DNA of 60,762 nt, filler included, from Candidatus Woesearchaeota archaeon (GCA_002685855.1; 4 parts of 4 records of this genome joined end to end with filler, not necessarily neighbours in it), one strand, 5' to 3'. Positions 39,039 through 47,878 are shown, counted from the first letter of the whole stretch. Numbers and translations: made by a program. Notes: generated by a model not told the origin, from the sequence alone.

Positions 39039-39710
39039 TCACTCAGAAAGAGCATCCAGCTCCCACACATCCACAACAGGCTTCACAAACTTATTCGTAT
39101 CATCATATGCAATCCGCGGACACGCAGTATTCACCCAACACTCAACAAAGGGAAAATCCTCCAACCCCCCAAAATTAATAGAATTACACACAACAAAATA
39201 AAACTTCTTCTTAGGAAAACGCTTCTTCAACTCCAACCCCTTCTTCAAAAACTGCTGACCTGGCTTGGTACTAACCAACACACCAATCACAGAAGCAGAA
39301 ATAAACCCTCCTAGAGCAGCACGTTGCTTACGAACAAGACCAGCAACATCCTTCTTTCCCAGCACACTACTTTTCCCACTAAACGGATTAAACACAAACA
39401 CATCCTTCTCATTATGCAGCAACAACGCCTTAGGATGAAACAACCCATCCCCCACATACACAAACCCATCAAACCCACCAGCAAAACGCTGAATGTTGCA
39501 CCCATACAACTGCCCCTTTTTCCGCGTATGCGCTGTCTTCAACAACCGAACCAAAAGACCAACATCCTCCAACTGCTGCTTCAATGAATCAATCTGATCC
39601 ACAAACTGAATCGTGGTAAACAACGCAACCTTCTTCGGAACCTTTTTTAGAAAACTCTTAGAAAACACAACTCTCTTCTCATACCGTGTCTCAATATAGG
39701 CAAACTTCAT
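39039..39710 (-). CDS. dph2: Diphthamide biosynthesis protein Dph2, short form
   Basis: TTIQF, GQLYGC, YVGDGLFHP, GVLVSTKPGQ, VNTACPRI. Confidence 0.85.
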   Translation of the reverse strand: MKFAYIETRYEKRVVFSKSFLKKVPKKVALFTTIQFVDQIDSLKQQLEDVGLLVRLLKTAHTRKKGQLYGCNIQRFAGGFDGFVYVGDGLFHPKALLLHNEKDVFVFNPFSGKSSVLGKKDVAGLVRKQRAALGGFISASVIGVLVSTKPGQQFLKKGLELKKRFPKKKFYFVVCNSINFGGLEDFPFVECWVNTACPRIAYDDTNKFVKPVVDVWELDALSE

Positions 39711-39720
39711 CAGAAAATTC

Positions 39721-40140
39721 CTAAATAGTACTTCTCATTACCGCATACACAAAAAATATAATCACAATCAACCACAACAATACCCGCATCAGATGAAGAT
39801 GAGCATCCTTAACATCCTTTCGAGTCCTAAACGAATGAATCTTATGATCAATCGTTCTCCGAATAACCATCTCTTGCATTCGCTTCAAACTATGTGAAGG
39901 CACAACCATCTGCCGATCATTATGACACTCCCCGCAAATATCCTTTCCATCAATATGCGTAAGCTGTGTGCTTCCACAATTTCCACAGATCAAGACAAAC
40001 CTCTCTCCTTTTGCATTACTCTTCTTCGGAACACCTTTTTTTGCAGCTTTCTTCTTAACAGATTTCACTCTAGCTCTTTTCTTCACTGCCTTCTTTGTGC
40101 CTTTCCCCTTCACCGACTTTTTCGCTACCTTCTTTGCCAA
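39721..40140 (-). CDS. Hypothetical protein: Lys-rich N-terminus, Zn ribbon, C-terminal TM
   Basis: KKVAKK tract; CGNC...CGEC; hydrophobic tail; TTG start after GGTGA. Confidence 0.7.
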   Translation of the reverse strand: MAKKVAKKSVKGKGTKKAVKKRARVKSVKKKAAKKGVPKKSNAKGERFVLICGNCGSTQLTHIDGKDICGECHNDRQMVVPSHSLKRMQEMVIRRTIDHKIHSFRTRKDVKDAHLHLMRVLLWLIVIIFFVYAVMRSTI

Positions 40141-40197
40141 ACAATCACCTATCCCTATTCAAACCAATACGCATTTATAAATATTATCATTTAGCTA

Positions 40198-41115
40198 TCA
40201 CAACTCAAAACCATGCCTTGCCTGCAAAAAACTACTTCCAAAACCCCGTCCCATCCAGAACCCAACTCCATTCACCAACCCTGTCAAACTCTCAAGAAAA
40301 CCCCTTTCTGGTTCAAAACTCACCAAACCCACATCACTCTCCAACACCTCCTCCAACAATGCAATAGCCTCCTCCTTTCCACCCAGCTCATCAACAAGCC
40401 CATTATCTACTGCTTCTACCCCTAAAAAGAAAATCCCTGTCCCAATCTCCTCAACCTGTTCAGAACTAAGATTTCTGTTCTGGGCAACATCTCTAAGAAA
40501 GATCCCATGAATCAAATCCACCTTCTGCTGAACCAAAGCAGCCTCATCCTCACCAATAACCCGCATCGGATTCATAATATCCTTATACACACCTCCTGTA
40601 AACTTCCGATACGTCACATTATAATCCTCAAGCAAACGAGCATACTCCAAATAACTACTCAACACACCCACACTCCCTGTCACCGACATCGGACTCGCCA
40701 CAACATAATCCGTAGCACTCGCAACCCAATACGCTCCCGAAGCACCCGACTCCCGAATCCAACTCACCGTAGGAAGCTCACTCGCCTTCACAGCCCGAAC
40801 AATCTCCTCAGACGCAACCGCATTCCCTCCCGGACTATTAATTTCAAACAAGATAGCATCAATCGTAGGATCCTCATTCGCTGCCTCAATAAAACCAACA
40901 ACAGTCATTGAATCAACACCCCCGCCCCCAAACAACGATCCATCACCCGAAGAACTAATAGTGCCAACAATCCGAATCAATGCAACATTCCCAAACACAG
41001 GACTACTCCCGCCCCACCCTGATAATGCCAAAGCCAGCACCCAACTTAGAACAAACAAACACCCCAGCACTATCAGAACAACCTTCATCATACTCCTCTG
41101 TTTCTTCTTCGCCAT
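40198..41115 (-). CDS. sppA: Signal peptide peptidase SppA (S49)
   Basis: INSPGG, GASGAYWVA, TGSVGV, YKD, GLVDELGG. Confidence 0.93.
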   Translation of the reverse strand: MAKKKQRSMMKVVLIVLGCLFVLSWVLALALSGWGGSSPVFGNVALIRIVGTISSSGDGSLFGGGGVDSMTVVGFIEAANEDPTIDAILFEINSPGGNAVASEEIVRAVKASELPTVSWIRESGASGAYWVASATDYVVASPMSVTGSVGVLSSYLEYARLLEDYNVTYRKFTGGVYKDIMNPMRVIGEDEAALVQQKVDLIHGIFLRDVAQNRNLSSEQVEEIGTGIFFLGVEAVDNGLVDELGGKEEAIALLEEVLESDVGLVSFEPERGFLESLTGLVNGVGFWMGRGFGSSFLQARHGFEL

Positions 41116-41158
41116 CAGAGCATCACCCTCCTTCCCACGCTCAACATAGTATCTATCA

Positions 41159-41617
41159 TCAAATCATCACCCTCTCAACCATACGAAGACCCATCCACTT
41201 GTCCAACAACCGATTCCTATAAAAAATCAGATGCAACGGCTCAATAACCCACAAAAGATAAAACGGAAAAAAAGGAATGACAAACACATTCCGCAACAAA
41301 CACTTCCAAAAACCCGGTTTCCCATCAACAGAAATCTTCATAAAATGATCCCCAATACTCTTCCCCACAAAATACTGCAACAAAGTAAAATAAAACAAAC
41401 TCAACAAAGAGATCATCCCAATCGCAACTAAAAGCTGTGGAGGAAGTTGAACAGACTCCAACTCAGCAAACGAATAGGACAACCCTTCAAACAAACCAGA
41501 AAACGGCAAAACAATCACAACATTAATCACCAAAAGATCGATCAACAACGCAATAAATCTCTTAGAAAAAGAGGCATCCCTCTTCATACTCCTAGGTGCA
41601 GGCAACCGAATTCCCAT
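41159..41617 (-). CDS. RDD family membrane protein
   Basis: ASFSKRFIALLIDL, GKSIG, LLRN, RLLDK; ATG at 41617 after GGAGG. Confidence 0.85.
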   Translation of the reverse strand: MGIRLPAPRSMKRDASFSKRFIALLIDLLVINVVIVLPFSGLFEGLSYSFAELESVQLPPQLLVAIGMISLLSLFYFTLLQYFVGKSIGDHFMKISVDGKPGFWKCLLRNVFVIPFFPFYLLWVIEPLHLIFYRNRLLDKWMGLRMVERVMI

Positions 41618-41712
41618 ACCTCCACCAATGCTCCCCTTCTTTATAAAGTTATTGTCTAACTCTCCTCCTAAAAATACACAACACATATAAACCCTATGTC
41701 GTCTCTCATTAG

Positions 41713-41817
41713 TATGGAGAACCCGAAACCAGCACAAACACCGCCTGCATCAACGAGTACGCCAAAGCTCTCCAAAAAACAACTCGAAGCCTCAAAAGCA
41801 GAACAAGACGCAATCCA
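41713..41817 (+). CDS. N-terminal fragment of a hypothetical protein, cut by the contig end
   Basis: MENPKPAQTPPASTSTPKLSKKQLE... open into the linker; TATAAA about 25 nt upstream. Confidence 0.5.
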
Positions 41818-41917
41818 NNNNNNNNNNNNNNNNNNNNNNNNNNNNNNNNNNNNNNNNNNNNTTAATTAATTAANNNNNNNNNNNNNNNNNNNNNNNNNNN
41901 NNNNNNNNNNNNNNNNN
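41818..41917. other. Artificial contig linker
   Basis: N44-TTAATTAATTAA-N44. Confidence 0.98.
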
Positions 41918-41918
41918 A

Positions 41919-42080
41919 TTAAAAGGACATGTGCAGGAGCATTTGAAAGATATTCTGAAAAAGCCAGAGGGAAAGATTGCCTATCTGTGCGGACTTCCTG
42001 CCATGGTGTTAGATACAAGAAAGGTGTTGCTTGAATGGGGATTTGACCGGAAAATGATCAAGCAGGAGCTATATACCTAG
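41919..42080 (+). CDS. C-terminal fragment of an FNR-family FAD/NAD(P) oxidoreductase
   Basis: LKGHVQ...AYLCGLPAMV...GFDRKMIKQELYT* fits the YxCGxxxM...E-x-F/Y terminus. Confidence 0.8.
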   Translation, partial: LKGHVQEHLKDILKKPEGKIAYLCGLPAMVLDTRKVLLEWGFDRKMIKQELYT

Positions 42081-42282
42081 CAAAAGATCCAGCTAAAAAA
42101 CCCAACTTGTCAATAGACAGGCAGTAAAGCCCACTACGCGTGGTGATTGAGCACATTTCCTTACCACCCTTAAATACAGAGTCACTAACGTTCCTAGGTT
42201 AGACCCGGTCTAACCACGGGCAGAAAACAAATGTTTTTATAGAGATAACACATTCGAGGAGGATACAATGGAGGTTATTTGA

Positions 42283-43740
42283 ATGGTTACCCTTTCTACC
42301 TATACAAAGTCAGCAAAAGAGACAGATTGTGATGCAGTTGTTTTTGGTATCTTTGATGATGGAGTTCTTCCGCAGCCATTAAAGGAGATCGATGAAGCTC
42401 TGGGAAATAGTGTTACACAGGCATTTAAGAAAAAGGCATTCAAAGCAGAGTGGAAAGAGCTCTTTGTTGCTCGATCCCTTGGAAAGTATGCCTGGAATCA
42501 GCTTATTGTGGTGGGCTTAGGCAAAAAGAAAGAGCTCACACCTGAAAAAGAACGATTACTGGGCGGTTTTGTTGCAAAGGTTGCCCGGGAGGAGGGCATA
42601 AAACGGCTTTTGGTCTCTCTTGATATGGATTCAGGAAATCTTGCTGAAGGTGCGGCTTTAGGACTCTATCGGTATGATGAGTATGTAAAAAAGGAGAAGG
42701 AGAAATTGAAAGTTCTGGACGAATTCCTCATTCTTAATGGCGACCAAAAAAAGATCGATAAAGCAACTATTCTTGCAGAAGGCGTGAACTATGTAAGGGA
42801 TCTTGTGAATCGGCCGGCAAATCTCGTTACTCCCGAGTATTTAGCAAATGAAGCAAAACAGATGAGTAAGAAAGCAGCTGTGAAGACAGAGGTATTCCTT
42901 CCTGATCAGCTTGAAAAGAAGGGGTTTGGAGCGCTTCTTGCTGTTGGTCAGGGTTCTGTACATACTCCTCGGTTTGTAGTGCTGCAGTATAAGCCCTCTG
43001 CAAAGACCAAGATTGCCTTAGTGGGAAAAGGAATTACCTTTGATAGTGGAGGTCTTAATCTTAAACCCACAAGGTACATTGAGGATATGAAGATGGATAT
43101 GGCAGGAGCTGCTACTATTTTAGCTCTTATGAAAATTGTTGACCGGTTAGGAATTGATGTTGGAGTTGTTGGCATCGTACCTACAGCAGAAAACATGACC
43201 GGAAGCAATGCCTATCGTCCTGGAGATATAATCACTGCATACAATGGCATAACTATCGAGGTGGGAAATACTGATGCTGAAGGAAGGCTTATCCTGGCAG
43301 ATGCCTTAAGCTATGCCTCCGAGCTAAAACCTACCGCCATCATCGACGTTGCCACGCTTACTGGTGCAGTTATTGTTGCCCTTGGCTATGAATTTACCGG
43401 GTTGGTCTCAAATGATGATCCTCTGTCTGCTCAGCTTGAAAAGGCGAGTAAATCTACTGCAGATAAGGTCTGGCGTCTTCCTCTTACTGATGGCTTTCGG
43501 GATGTTATGAAGGGTGATATCTCCGATCTTAGCAATGTAGGGAAAAAGGGAAAGGGGTATGAAGGCGGCACAATCACAGCAGGAGCCTTTCTTGAGAACT
43601 TTGTGGGAAAGGATATTCCCTGGGCCCATCTTGATATTGGAGGGAGCGCATTTCTCCTTGAAGATACAGATATCTGCCCAAAGGGAGCCACAGGTGCAAC
43701 AGTACGGCTTCTTGCAGATCTTCTTCAGAACTGGAAGTAG
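42283..43740 (+). CDS. pepA: Leucyl aminopeptidase (M17)
   Basis: VGKGITFDSGG, MKMDMAGA, NTDAEGRL, WAHLDIGG. Confidence 0.96.
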   Translation: MVTLSTYTKSAKETDCDAVVFGIFDDGVLPQPLKEIDEALGNSVTQAFKKKAFKAEWKELFVARSLGKYAWNQLIVVGLGKKKELTPEKERLLGGFVAKVAREEGIKRLLVSLDMDSGNLAEGAALGLYRYDEYVKKEKEKLKVLDEFLILNGDQKKIDKATILAEGVNYVRDLVNRPANLVTPEYLANEAKQMSKKAAVKTEVFLPDQLEKKGFGALLAVGQGSVHTPRFVVLQYKPSAKTKIALVGKGITFDSGGLNLKPTRYIEDMKMDMAGAATILALMKIVDRLGIDVGVVGIVPTAENMTGSNAYRPGDIITAYNGITIEVGNTDAEGRLILADALSYASELKPTAIIDVATLTGAVIVALGYEFTGLVSNDDPLSAQLEKASKSTADKVWRLPLTDGFRDVMKGDISDLSNVGKKGKGYEGGTITAGAFLENFVGKDIPWAHLDIGGSAFLLEDTDICPKGATGATVRLLADLLQNWK

Positions 43741-43780
43741 CTACAACAAGCTTTTTATAGGATGATTTCTTCTTCAAACT

Positions 43781-44008
43781 ATGTCCAAAACCAAGGCATG
43801 GGAATGCGAACATTGCGGAGCTCAAAGCAAGGATCTCCCTTTGGAGTGCTCGTTTTGCAAAAAAAAGGGAAAATTTATTGAGATCAAGGTAGAATCAGCA
43901 TCAGATGATCCTGTTATTTCTAAAAAGTATGATGCAGCCATGGAAGAACTTGAACGCTATAATGAAGGATGTGAACCTGAAACCTTAAAGTATAGTACTG
44001 AAGAATAA
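43781..44008 (+). CDS. Small rubredoxin-like metal-binding protein
   Basis: WECEHCG...ECSFCK; TTTTATA about 25 nt upstream. Confidence 0.7.
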   Translation: MSKTKAWECEHCGAQSKDLPLECSFCKKKGKFIEIKVESASDDPVISKKYDAAMEELERYNEGCEPETLKYSTEE

Positions 44009-44009
44009 T

Positions 44010-44189
44010 CTATTTCTTTGATGTGAACAGCATCTTTAGTCCTAAAAGGAGAAACACAACAGTAAACCAGCTCAGACGCCACCAGTCAATATAGGTGAGA
44101 TCTTGAAGAAGGTAGAGCACACCCAGAATAAGGATAATAGTCCCCCATTGGGCCGAACAACAACAATTTTTTCTTCTATTTTTTGCCAT
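44010..44189 (-). CDS. 59-aa two-TM membrane protein (DUF5668/LiaI-like), not in the ORF track
   Basis: MAKNRRKNCCCSAQWGTIILILGVLYLLQDLTYIDWWRLSWFTVVFLLLGLKMLFTSKK*. Confidence 0.7.
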   Translation of the reverse strand: MAKNRRKNCCCSAQWGTIILILGVLYLLQDLTYIDWWRLSWFTVVFLLLGLKMLFTSKK

Positions 44190-44251
44190 GGTTTGGATTA
44201 AATAGGACAGATATACCTATTTAATTCTTTCTATTCGAGAAGAGACGGCAA

Positions 44252-44437
44252 TCATTCAAGGAGGAGCATATCGATGTTTCTGAACTGATCATAGTTATGC
44301 GCTTCATTCACTTTACGTGCCTCGATAAATTCGTCATCAGAGGGAAGCTTATTAAATCCCTGTATAAATCCACACCCGTTGCACTGTCCTTTTTTTGGCA
44401 CGTCTGTTTTGCATTTGTGACAATTTGTAAGGGCCAT
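44252..44437 (-). CDS. Small Zn-ribbon protein
   Basis: CHKC...CNGCG; TATA-like box about 25 nt upstream. Confidence 0.7.
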   Translation of the reverse strand: MALTNCHKCKTDVPKKGQCNGCGFIQGFNKLPSDDEFIEARKVNEAHNYDQFRNIDMLLLE

Positions 44438-44601
44438 TGTAAGAACAACATAATAAAAGGTTGTTTATATAGTTTTCCCTGAGAGTTACGCATTGATCAT
44501 TGAGCTTTCTTTTCAAACAGAGAAGATGAGTAAAATATAACTTTTTTAACTTTAAAAGCAGAAGGAAAAACCTATAAAGTACCCATGGATCGCTAGCTCC
44601 T

Positions 44602-46198
44602 ACGAGAAAGGGTGTTGTACACGGTTTGGGACTAGTACTTTTAGTAGCAAGTTTAGGCTCAATTCTTCCTTTTGTGGCTTTTGATCAAGACTCACCTAAA
44701 CATATTAGGACTGAAGATAGTGTGTGAACCCATTATGGATGGAATGGTGATTCGTGAGGACTTTGTGATTTGTAAAGGAAGCTATAAAATTCCGGGAGGT
44801 ATTCTCATCAAAGGGAATAATGTGAGCTTTATAGGCAGAGGGAAACACACGATGATAGATGTCTACCGTCCACCACAACCTGATAATTGCTCCTATCTTG
44901 AAGATGCAATGATTATAGAAGAGGACATTCTTGTTTGTGGGAATACCACCTACGACCTTCCAAACGGCGTCATTATTAGTGCTGATGATGTCCATTTTGC
45001 CTGTCAGCCAGGGGCTGTAATTAAAGGGTCAAATATTGGAATTCTGATCACACCTCTGAATGCATATAATATTCATATTTCGAATTGCACCATACAAGAT
45101 GCAAATAGAGGCATTCTTATTGTGGAAAGCCTGACAAAAGGATCGATCACGCAAAACACCTTTGACACAGTGGATATCCCTCTTTTTGTAGGCGGAATAT
45201 ACTCAGGTTTTGTCGAAGGAAGCCTGGCTGAAAACCAGTTTATTCAGAATGCTATCCCTTCACCTACTTCTGTTGTAGCAAATTTTAGAAATAGCAGTGT
45301 TCATAACAATAGCTTTCACGGTATCTTTTTAGGTTTAAGTAGTGGCTGTTTTAACAGTAGCTATATTTCAAATACTTTTATTGGAAGATTGGAAGGGGGA
45401 GCAGGAATTGCCGGTCCATTAAAGAACTGCTCTGTGACTAATAATAGGTTTATTAATACCTCTTTCATTGCAGAAGAGATAGATGGAACAAAGATCATGC
45501 AGAATAGTTTTTTGGGTGGACACAGCACACCTGTTGCTTTTGAAGGTTCAAGAGGAAGAAATTCCATCATTTCAGGAAATGAATTTGTTGGGTATGAGAG
45601 TTCTGTTCGTCTTTCAGATCCCTCAAATATTACGTTAGAAAGAAACAAAGTTAGAGGATGCCTGGGAACCGCTTTTGAGGCGCTATTATCCTCTGAGATC
45701 GGGATTGTTGAAAACAAGATAGAGAACTGTGGTAAAGGAATTAGTATTAGTTTTGAAGGTAAAGGTTCTGAAAATAGGAATAGCATTGTAAACAACACAC
45801 TTTTTAATCTTCATCAAAAAGGATTGGTGCTCCATGCATACAATCCGTTTTTACAACAAAATCGAACAGAGCACATTATTGTTTCTAATAATAGTTTTAC
45901 CACTATTAGCGGAGATGCAGTAACTATTGTGTTCACCGACGCATCCCATCAATACAAGAAATTGTTCTTTTCAAATAATAGAATTTTAAATAATAGAAGA
46001 GGGCTCGTCATTGAGCAGATGAAACAGCACGAATCAGCATTTGTAAATAACACGCTCTGTTTTAATTCAGAGTTTGACATCTTCTGTCAAAATGCAAAAG
46101 GAATTCATTGGAAGAACAATGTGTGTGGATATGTTCAAAACAACAATTGTGTACCCTTTGCCCGGTGTGATCAGGTCTGCTCCCTTGTAAAATCATAA
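44602..46198 (+). pseudogene. Right-handed parallel beta-helix (NosD-like) surface protein with a disrupted 5' end
   Basis: Repeated xNNxF/I beta-helix turns. The signal peptide (T)RKGVVHGLGLVLLVASLG is in another frame, begins at ACG 44602 and stops at TGA 44725. The main frame is intact from about 44720. Confidence 0.6.
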
Positions 46199-46252
46199 AA
46201 AAATCAGTTTTTCCGAAAGTTTTTAATAGTAAATGGTATTTTGTAGTCAAGT

Positions 46253-46357
46253 ATGGCTGAACCTCTAGTGAATAAGGTAGTGAAATTTAAGCAACTATTC
46301 TTTCTAAGAGTTACACGACTATTCGGACACGTTATTATGTGTTCCGTCATCTATTAA
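46253..46357 (+). CDS. Putative 34-aa leader/small protein
   Basis: MAEPLVNKVVKFKQLFFLRVTRLFGHVIMCSVIY*; ATG about 26 nt after TTTTTAAT. Confidence 0.35.
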   Translation: MAEPLVNKVVKFKQLFFLRVTRLFGHVIMCSVIY

Positions 46358-46391
46358 AGCCGTTGGCTGACTGATTTTTTGGTGAACCCCA

Positions 46392-47393
46392 ATGGCAACA
46401 AAAACATCACTTGAGGAACGTGTAGACAAGGACCCTTATCCTGTTGAACAAGTTAGAAAGCTCATACTGCGTTTGAATAGGAATATATACCAGAATGGCA
46501 TGTATTTAGGGCCCTCTCTGGTCTATCTCCTTCAGGAAAGTCCATTAATGCCTTTACTTCTAGCACCTGAAAGTGAGGATATCCTAAAAAGAAGGTCTGA
46601 TGAGATTGAAAGCCTTTATCGGAGGTTTATCTTTCCAAAAATCCCCCAATTGGTGGCCACTATTACAAGTGGAAGTGCTACATTCCCGGGTTTTGGAGGA
46701 GGTAAATATCGTATGCGTGTTCGGGCTTTTCGTGAAGTTAGAGCTAAAGGAAGAGCTGCGTACAAAGGCCAGTTCCCCCTGGATCCCGGAACTCGTGCAG
46801 CTTTGTTTGATAAAAACCCCCTCCCACCAAATGATTATGTAGAAGTTGGCTTTGATAATCATAGTTATATTTTCTGCCTTCGCGTCAAACAATCTCCAAG
46901 CAGAAAGAACAAATACAGGCAACTCTGGGAGAAACTTTCCCCAGAAGAGGAACGCCAGGCTATTGAACTTGTAGCGGATGTTTCCCAAGATCCCTACGAT
47001 TATTGGTCAGAGAATAGCCAGGAATTCTATAGAGAATGTTATGGAAAGAAGGCTACAGACCTTATGATTAATGATTGTGTAGGTTTTAAAATTATAGACC
47101 TTAACCAAGAACGGGCAGAACAGACAATTGAACGCCTTGCAAACAGGCAGCACAATTTACATATTCCAGGATTTAATAATATTGCTGTAGAATATAACAA
47201 CCACCTCCACCGTGCAAAAAAAGTCCGCCCCTACTCAATTGATAACACCTTTGTGGATACCACTTTTAGTAACTTCCCTATTGAGGTGAAGTTTGCAGAT
47301 TTGAGAAGTATGATCCTGGAATACTGTGGTCCTCACAATACCTGGGCGTATGAACAAAACGGGAAGAAATCTAATCCGTTCTATGACAATTAA
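46392..47393 (+). CDS. Divergent RelA/SpoT synthetase-like nucleotidyltransferase
   Basis: RVKxxxSxxxK, DCVGFKII, PYSID, IEVKFAD and EYCGPHNTWAYE occur in the order of RSH synthetase motifs; GGTGA RBS. Confidence 0.55.
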   Translation: MATKTSLEERVDKDPYPVEQVRKLILRLNRNIYQNGMYLGPSLVYLLQESPLMPLLLAPESEDILKRRSDEIESLYRRFIFPKIPQLVATITSGSATFPGFGGGKYRMRVRAFREVRAKGRAAYKGQFPLDPGTRAALFDKNPLPPNDYVEVGFDNHSYIFCLRVKQSPSRKNKYRQLWEKLSPEEERQAIELVADVSQDPYDYWSENSQEFYRECYGKKATDLMINDCVGFKIIDLNQERAEQTIERLANRQHNLHIPGFNNIAVEYNNHLHRAKKVRPYSIDNTFVDTTFSNFPIEVKFADLRSMILEYCGPHNTWAYEQNGKKSNPFYDN

Positions 47394-47425
47394 CTCATCA
47401 AGGGCGAATAGATTACAATCACTCC

Positions 47426-47761
47426 TTACCTTCGTCTTGAAGGAGAGGAATAACCGCCATTAAAGCTTCTTCCATGACCGCTTCCTGCAAAGACGCCACC
47501 GCCATACGTACCGGAATAGCTCTTGCCCCGGTAATGCATAACAAAGAGCCCCTGGCCATATTCTCCTCTAAAGTCTTTTCCCTGGTTTGTTGAGCCATGC
47601 ACATACCCCTTTCCATAATGGCCATTGCCTGATACTGTAGGCTGTTTTCCATCTTGAGTATTTCCCCAAACAGAACCTCTATTTCGATGTGCTTCTACAA
47701 TAGGAGCTAAAAAACCAACCATGCTTAAAAGAACAACTAATAATACAACAACCTTTTTCAT
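47426..47761 (-). CDS. Secreted Gly/aromatic repeat protein
   Basis: Signal peptide ending VEA; repeats G[KR]x[FY]xGxYGxG; GGAGG RBS. Confidence 0.75.
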   Translation of the reverse strand: MKKVVVLLVVLLSMVGFLAPIVEAHRNRGSVWGNTQDGKQPTVSGNGHYGKGYVHGSTNQGKDFRGEYGQGLFVMHYRGKSYSGTYGGGVFAGSGHGRSFNGGYSSPSRRR

Positions 47762-47878
47762 ATGTTCACACCTCCTTAAAGAAGAGATGTGAAGCTCATT
47801 TTTAATACTTTTCTTTAATCCAGAAACAATATGTTTTTATATGGCCTCTGTATACTTGAAAAATGGAGTGCAAGAGGT

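Noticed and set aside
1073..41659. Many long alternative-frame and antisense ORFs (e.g. 1504..2349, 6882..7451, 21446..22018, 36598..37242)
   Set aside because: They overlap well-supported genes. The T-poor + strand has few stop codons, which produces shadow ORFs with no motifs.
42195..42222. Minus-strand CGTGGTTAG, recalling the start of a pistol ribozyme
   Set aside because: The P1 partner and pseudoknot are not at the required spacing. Kept only as an unclassified structured region.
46534..46543. AGGAAAGTCC, similar to the RNase P RNA 5' conserved motif
   Set aside because: It lies inside a coding region and I found no matching 3' P4 strand.
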